Shown here: positions 59,631 to 64,000 of the stretch, one piece after another
Numbering within the stretch: the first letter of the stretch is position 1
Layout: each line of letters opens with the position of its first letter
Assembly: GCA_965240325.2 (NCBI GenBank)
Contig: OZ251232.1
Coordinates: 1,674,001 to 1,738,000 of the forward strand
Direction: 5' to 3'
Source of the DNA: Rebecca billardiae RCC1528
Lineage: Eukaryota; Protista; Haptophyta
Length of the DNA: 64,000 nucleotides
Notes under the pieces: model-generated
What the model was told of the DNA's origin: nothing
Seen by the model: the letters and a program-made list of their open reading frames with translations, nothing else
The model's database searches: none
Made by a program: the position numbers and the translations under genes

Positions 59631-62028
59631 CTAGTACATGGTGGTCGCGCTGCCGGCGTCGCCCGGCCTTCCGTCCGCGTGGTAGGTGATCGGCGCGCTG
59701 TACGGCGGGAGCGCGGCCGGCGCCCGGCTGTTGTAGTCGTCGTCGTCGAGGCCGCGGCCGCCCGTGGGCGTACTGAACGCGCCGGGGGGCGGCGGCGGCG
59801 AGCCCATGTACCCCGCGATGGTCGGCATGCCGCCGTTGGCCTCGGCGTCGTGCGCGTGCTGCGAGCGCGAGTGCCCGTTCGAGTGCTCGGGCGACGGGAC
59901 CTCCTTCACCAGCTTGCTGTCGAGCGCCGCCCCCGTTTGGCCCGTCTTTGTCGGCGTCGCCGGCTTCGAGCCCGGCTGCGAGCTCGCGTGCGGGTCGCCC
60001 CACGTGTCGGAGCGCGGCAGCACGTCCGCGCCGGCGGGCGGCAGGGGCCCGAAATAGCTGAGCATCACGGGCACGAACGCGAGGCCGGCAATCAGCCCGA
60101 GGAAGATCGTCGACCAGACGGCGACGAAGAAGATGCGGAAAACGGGCGACTGCGAGCCTGGTGCCGCGGTAACGCGTCGCAGGCGCGTGGGGGGGCGAAG
60201 CGCACGCGTGAGCGCGCGGGGCGGGGCGGGAGGGCGCCGCGCGCCGCCGCGCGCCGCGGCCCGCCCGCGCGCACGCCGCTCGAACGCGCGCGCTCCAGCC
60301 CCCGGCGCGCACGCCGCCTCGACCGAGCCCCGCGCCACGCACCCGCGAGGAACAGCGTCCCGAGCAGCGTGGACAGCCCGGCATTGAGCACAGAGAATCC
60401 CATGTACTCGAGGGCGTGCTTGGTCTTCTTGAGGCGGGTCGCGCCCGGGGCGATCACGTACGCGTGGCCTGCGCGGCGCACGGCGCGACGTGGCGAGGCG
60501 GGGGCGCGGCCGGGATGAGCGCGCGGCGGCGGCGCCGAGCGCAGCGCAGCAGCACAGCACAGCCGTCGACCGCGCCGCGTCGCGCGCCGCGTCGCGCGCC
60601 GCGTCGCGCGCGCGCACCAATGTGGCACGAGTAGTCGATCGCCAGCGCCATCGCCAGCAGCAGCGACACGAGCGTGATCGTGTTGAGCGGCACGTTGAGC
60701 ACGGCCATCCCGCCGAGCAGCAGCACGTCGATGCACACCACCGCGAGGGTCGCGAGCATCGCGATGCTGCGCGCGCGCGGCGAGGCGGCAAGCGAGGCGG
60801 CGGCGAGGCGGGCGAGTGAGAGCGCGCGCGCGCTCGGGCGCGCGCGGCGCGCGCGGGCCGGCCGCTCGCCGCGTGCTCGCCCTTCCCTGCCTCCCTTCCA
60901 ACTCTCCCTCTCCCCGCGGGCCCCACCCGCCCATCTCGCGCGCCATCCGCACGCCGCGCACCGGAACGGCAGGAAGAGCGAGACGCAGATCAGCACGGCG
61001 GCCGCGGCCATCACGAGATTCTTAAGCCCGAACGTCGGCATCACGTAGTCGGCGTACGCGAACTCGTACTGGATGTGGTAGACGAAGGCCTGGACCTCGC
61101 CGCCGAACGGCTTGAGCGCCGCCTGCTGCTCGAGGTACGTCTTGTACACGTCGTAGAACTTGGGCGGCATGTACGACGAGAAGACCATCCGATGCGCCTT
61201 GATCTCGGTCGCGACCCCCTTGCCGACGACGATGTCGTCTTCATAGTCGCGGCCGCCGACGGCGACCTGGTAGGAGCCGTCGTCCTCCTGGCTCGCGGAG
61301 GCGTTGTACGAGGCGCTCGTCGCGTTGCACACGCCGCACGTCAGCGGGCAGTACGCGCGCACGATGCGGTACCCCTGCTCCCCCTTCACGCAGTGCGACT
61401 GCGCGTCGCCGCAGGTGTAGCCGCGCGAGAGGCGCATGAACTGCGCGTTCGAGTCGAAACACGGCACCTCCGGGTCCCACTCGCTGCGGCCGTTGGCCAT
61501 GCTGGCGTGCGGCCGGCGGTGGTGCGAGGCGTGCTGCCGCGTGCGCACGGTGCCCGGCTCGTTGCACTTCCAGCAGCCCGAGTGCCCGTTGCAGAAGTAC
61601 TTGGTCGCGCAGTCGCCCGCGTTCTCGCGCGAGCAGTGCACCACCTGCTGCGCGTTTGGCAGACGCTCCTCCGCGTCGGCGGGCTGGCGCGCGATGCGCT
61701 GCGGCTCGGTGACGCACTTGAGGTGCGCGCTCGGCGGCTCCTTGCACTTGAAGCAGCCGCCGTGCTTCGCGCAGTAGTACTTGCCCTCGCACGTGCCGCC
61801 CGCGTGGTAGTGCGCGCAGTGCTCCGGCACGAGCTCGCCCTCCGGGTACGCGTGGGCCGCGTCGTCGGCGTTGAAGGCCAGCTTACGCACCTCGGGCATG
61901 CAGCGCAGGCGCTTCATCGCCTCGTGCTCGCTCTCGGTCATGCTCGAGTCGGGCTCGGCGAGCGCGGCGGAGGACGAGCCCCGCGCGCTCGGCCGCCACC
62001 ACTGCTGCTCGCGCAGCGCGCGCCGCGT

Positions 62029-62066
<38 letters not shown>

Positions 62067-64000
62067 GCGCGCGCGCGCCCTCGAGCGGAGCGCTCACGCG
62101 CCCGTCCGCCATCACCGCGACCGAGCTGCTGGGCCACTGCTGCTCGTGCGCGGCGAGGTCCTCGCGCGTGAGCGCGCCGAGGGTAAGGGCGAGCGGCGGC
62201 CGCTCGACCGCGAGCGCCTCGCCCTGCCTGCGCGCCCGGTGCGCGCGCGCCCCGCTCGGCGCGCGCTCGGCCGCGAGCGCCTCGCCGTGCCGGCCGCCGT
62301 GATGCGCGCGGTGCATCTGCCGATCCTGCACGTGCGCGTGCGTGCGGCGCTCGCGCTTGCCGCCGACGGCGAGCCCGCCGATCTCCTCGTCCTCCTCGCC
62401 GTCCTCGTCGCCGTCCTCCTCGCCGTCCTCCTCCGCCCCCTCCTCGTCCCGGATGCACGTGTACACCCCGTCGTCCCTTGTGAAATTGTCAACGTACTTG
62501 TTGGACTCGGGCGGCCAGCGCAGGTCGTATTTGCACGCGTACCAGTCTCGGAAGCCGGCCAGCCAGTCGACGTGGATGCGGAGGACGGAGGGGACGGCGG
62601 TGAGCGCGCGCTCGGCGCGGACGACCGAGCGCATCGCCGCCGCCGACGTGATGTCCGTGTGCTGGAACACCAGCCACGCCTCCTGCACCTGCGAGCCGGA
62701 CCAGTAGCGCTCAAGGTCCTCGACGTAGTTGAGAATGGGCGAGTCGGCGGCGAGTGTCGAGCGGAGGGGCAGGCCGACGCTCATGGTGGGGATGAGGAAG
62801 GCGGCGATGAAGACGGGGAGGAGGAAGCCGACGATCACGCCGATCCGCACGCGCGGCTGCAGCAGCAGCCCCGGGTACGTCGCGCGCATCCACCGCTTGA
62901 GCGGGCGCTCGCGCACGCCGGTGCCGCGCCGCATGCTCGACATGCACGCGGCCGCCTCGTCGTTGGGCGGCTTGTAGCACGGCACGCAGTCGGCGCGGCC
63001 CTCCTGCTGGCGCACCGTGTCGAGCACGAGGCACGCGCCGAAGAAGAAGATCTGCAGCAGGTACACCGCGAGCACGCAGAACCCCGCCGGGATGCAGAAG
63101 TTCGAGAGCGCGGGGAAGTCGACGAAGTAGGCGGTGAAGAACACGAACGCCGACGTGAACGACGTCACGGTGATCGTTGAGCCCGAGACGGCCATCGAGG
63201 AGGAGAGGCGGCGCTCGACGGAGCGCGACGGGTTGGTGTGCTCGAAGGCGGCGACGATGATGATCATGTCGTCCACGCTCACGCCGAGCAGCGTGAACAC
63301 CACGATCGGGTTGATCGGCTGGAACGGCACGCCGACGAGCGCGCCGAGACCAAAGCCGGACGCCATCGCGAGCAGGACGCACGCGGCGCACGTCGTGCCG
63401 AGCAGCATGCGGCTGGTGCGCACGTCGTACGTGACGCCGCCGAGCGCGAGGCAGACGTAGAGCATGATGAACACCATCGCCAGCGCCATCAGGTACGAGT
63501 CCTTCTTCACGAACGACGACGCCTCGTCCTCCATGAAGAGCGCAGACCAATACGAGACGGTCAGGTAGGGGTCGTTGGCGTTCACGTCGTCGAGCACGTC
63601 GCGCAGCGCCTTGTCCCACGCGGCGGTGCCGCCGTCGTGGTAGTGCGAGACCGAGACGTTGAAGAAGTACTTGAGCTGCAGCGCCTCCGCCGTGATCGAC
63701 GCCTCCTCGTCCTCGTCGTCGTCCGCGCCGCCGTTCGGCCTGGGCCGCCGCACCGCCGAGTAGCCGCCGAGGTCGATCTCGTGCGCGGCGTGCGCGTCCT
63801 CGAGCGTGCCGTCGACGTCGTCGTCGTTCTGCAGCTTGTCCGCCGAGTAGCCCCACTGCTCGAGCGGCGAGAGCACCGCGCAGATGTACTCGCCCGCGAT
63901 CGAGACGTACCGCTGCGAGCACACGTCGTGCATCGTGAGCACCGACCCGTCCGGCCCGACCGCCGTGATGTTCTGGATGCGCTCGTGCAGATGCATCGCG
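59631..64000 (-). CDS. Patched/NPC1-like RND membrane protein with sterol-sensing domain, 5' end outside window; exons >64000-60962, 60766-60618, 60468-60343, 60157-59631
   Basis: FTLLGVSVDDMIII, GSTITVTSFT, LAIDYSCHIGHAY, ALEYMGFSVL..GLSTLLG; three GT-AG introns restore the C-terminal TM segments. Confidence 0.9.

Overview
A very GC-rich, gene-dense eukaryotic window. Bipartite plastid-targeting peptides, short (CG)n-rich spliceosomal introns and the gene families point to a red-lineage alga, most likely a Pavlovales haptophyte; that assignment is an inference. About 20 genes can be reconstructed by manual splicing (23 introns, 2 with GC donors). They include a Psb34-like protein, an F-box/ankyrin protein, a NIPA Mg transporter, an amino-acid transporter, a UT urea channel, an axonemal-dynein-light-chain-domain protein, a membrane TIR-like protein, a plastid PPR protein, BLOC1S1, eIF5, SF3B6, Prp18, an HVA22/REEP-like protein, a Deg protease, an RRM-NURR-RGG protein and a Patched/NPC1-like protein. 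The intergenic DNA holds the most unusual signals: (1) two non-autonomous Helitron2/Helentron-like elements with conserved ends but different captured cargo, in inverted orientation around the TIR-like gene; (2) a young foldback element with ~435-bp arms; (3) a TA-flanked MITE; (4) a ~60-bp dispersed micro-element; (5) alignment evidence that repeats here decay mainly by short, often duplicative insertions. Many introns have reverse-complementary ends (GTGCGCG...CGCGCAG). All coordinates and alignments were derived by eye.
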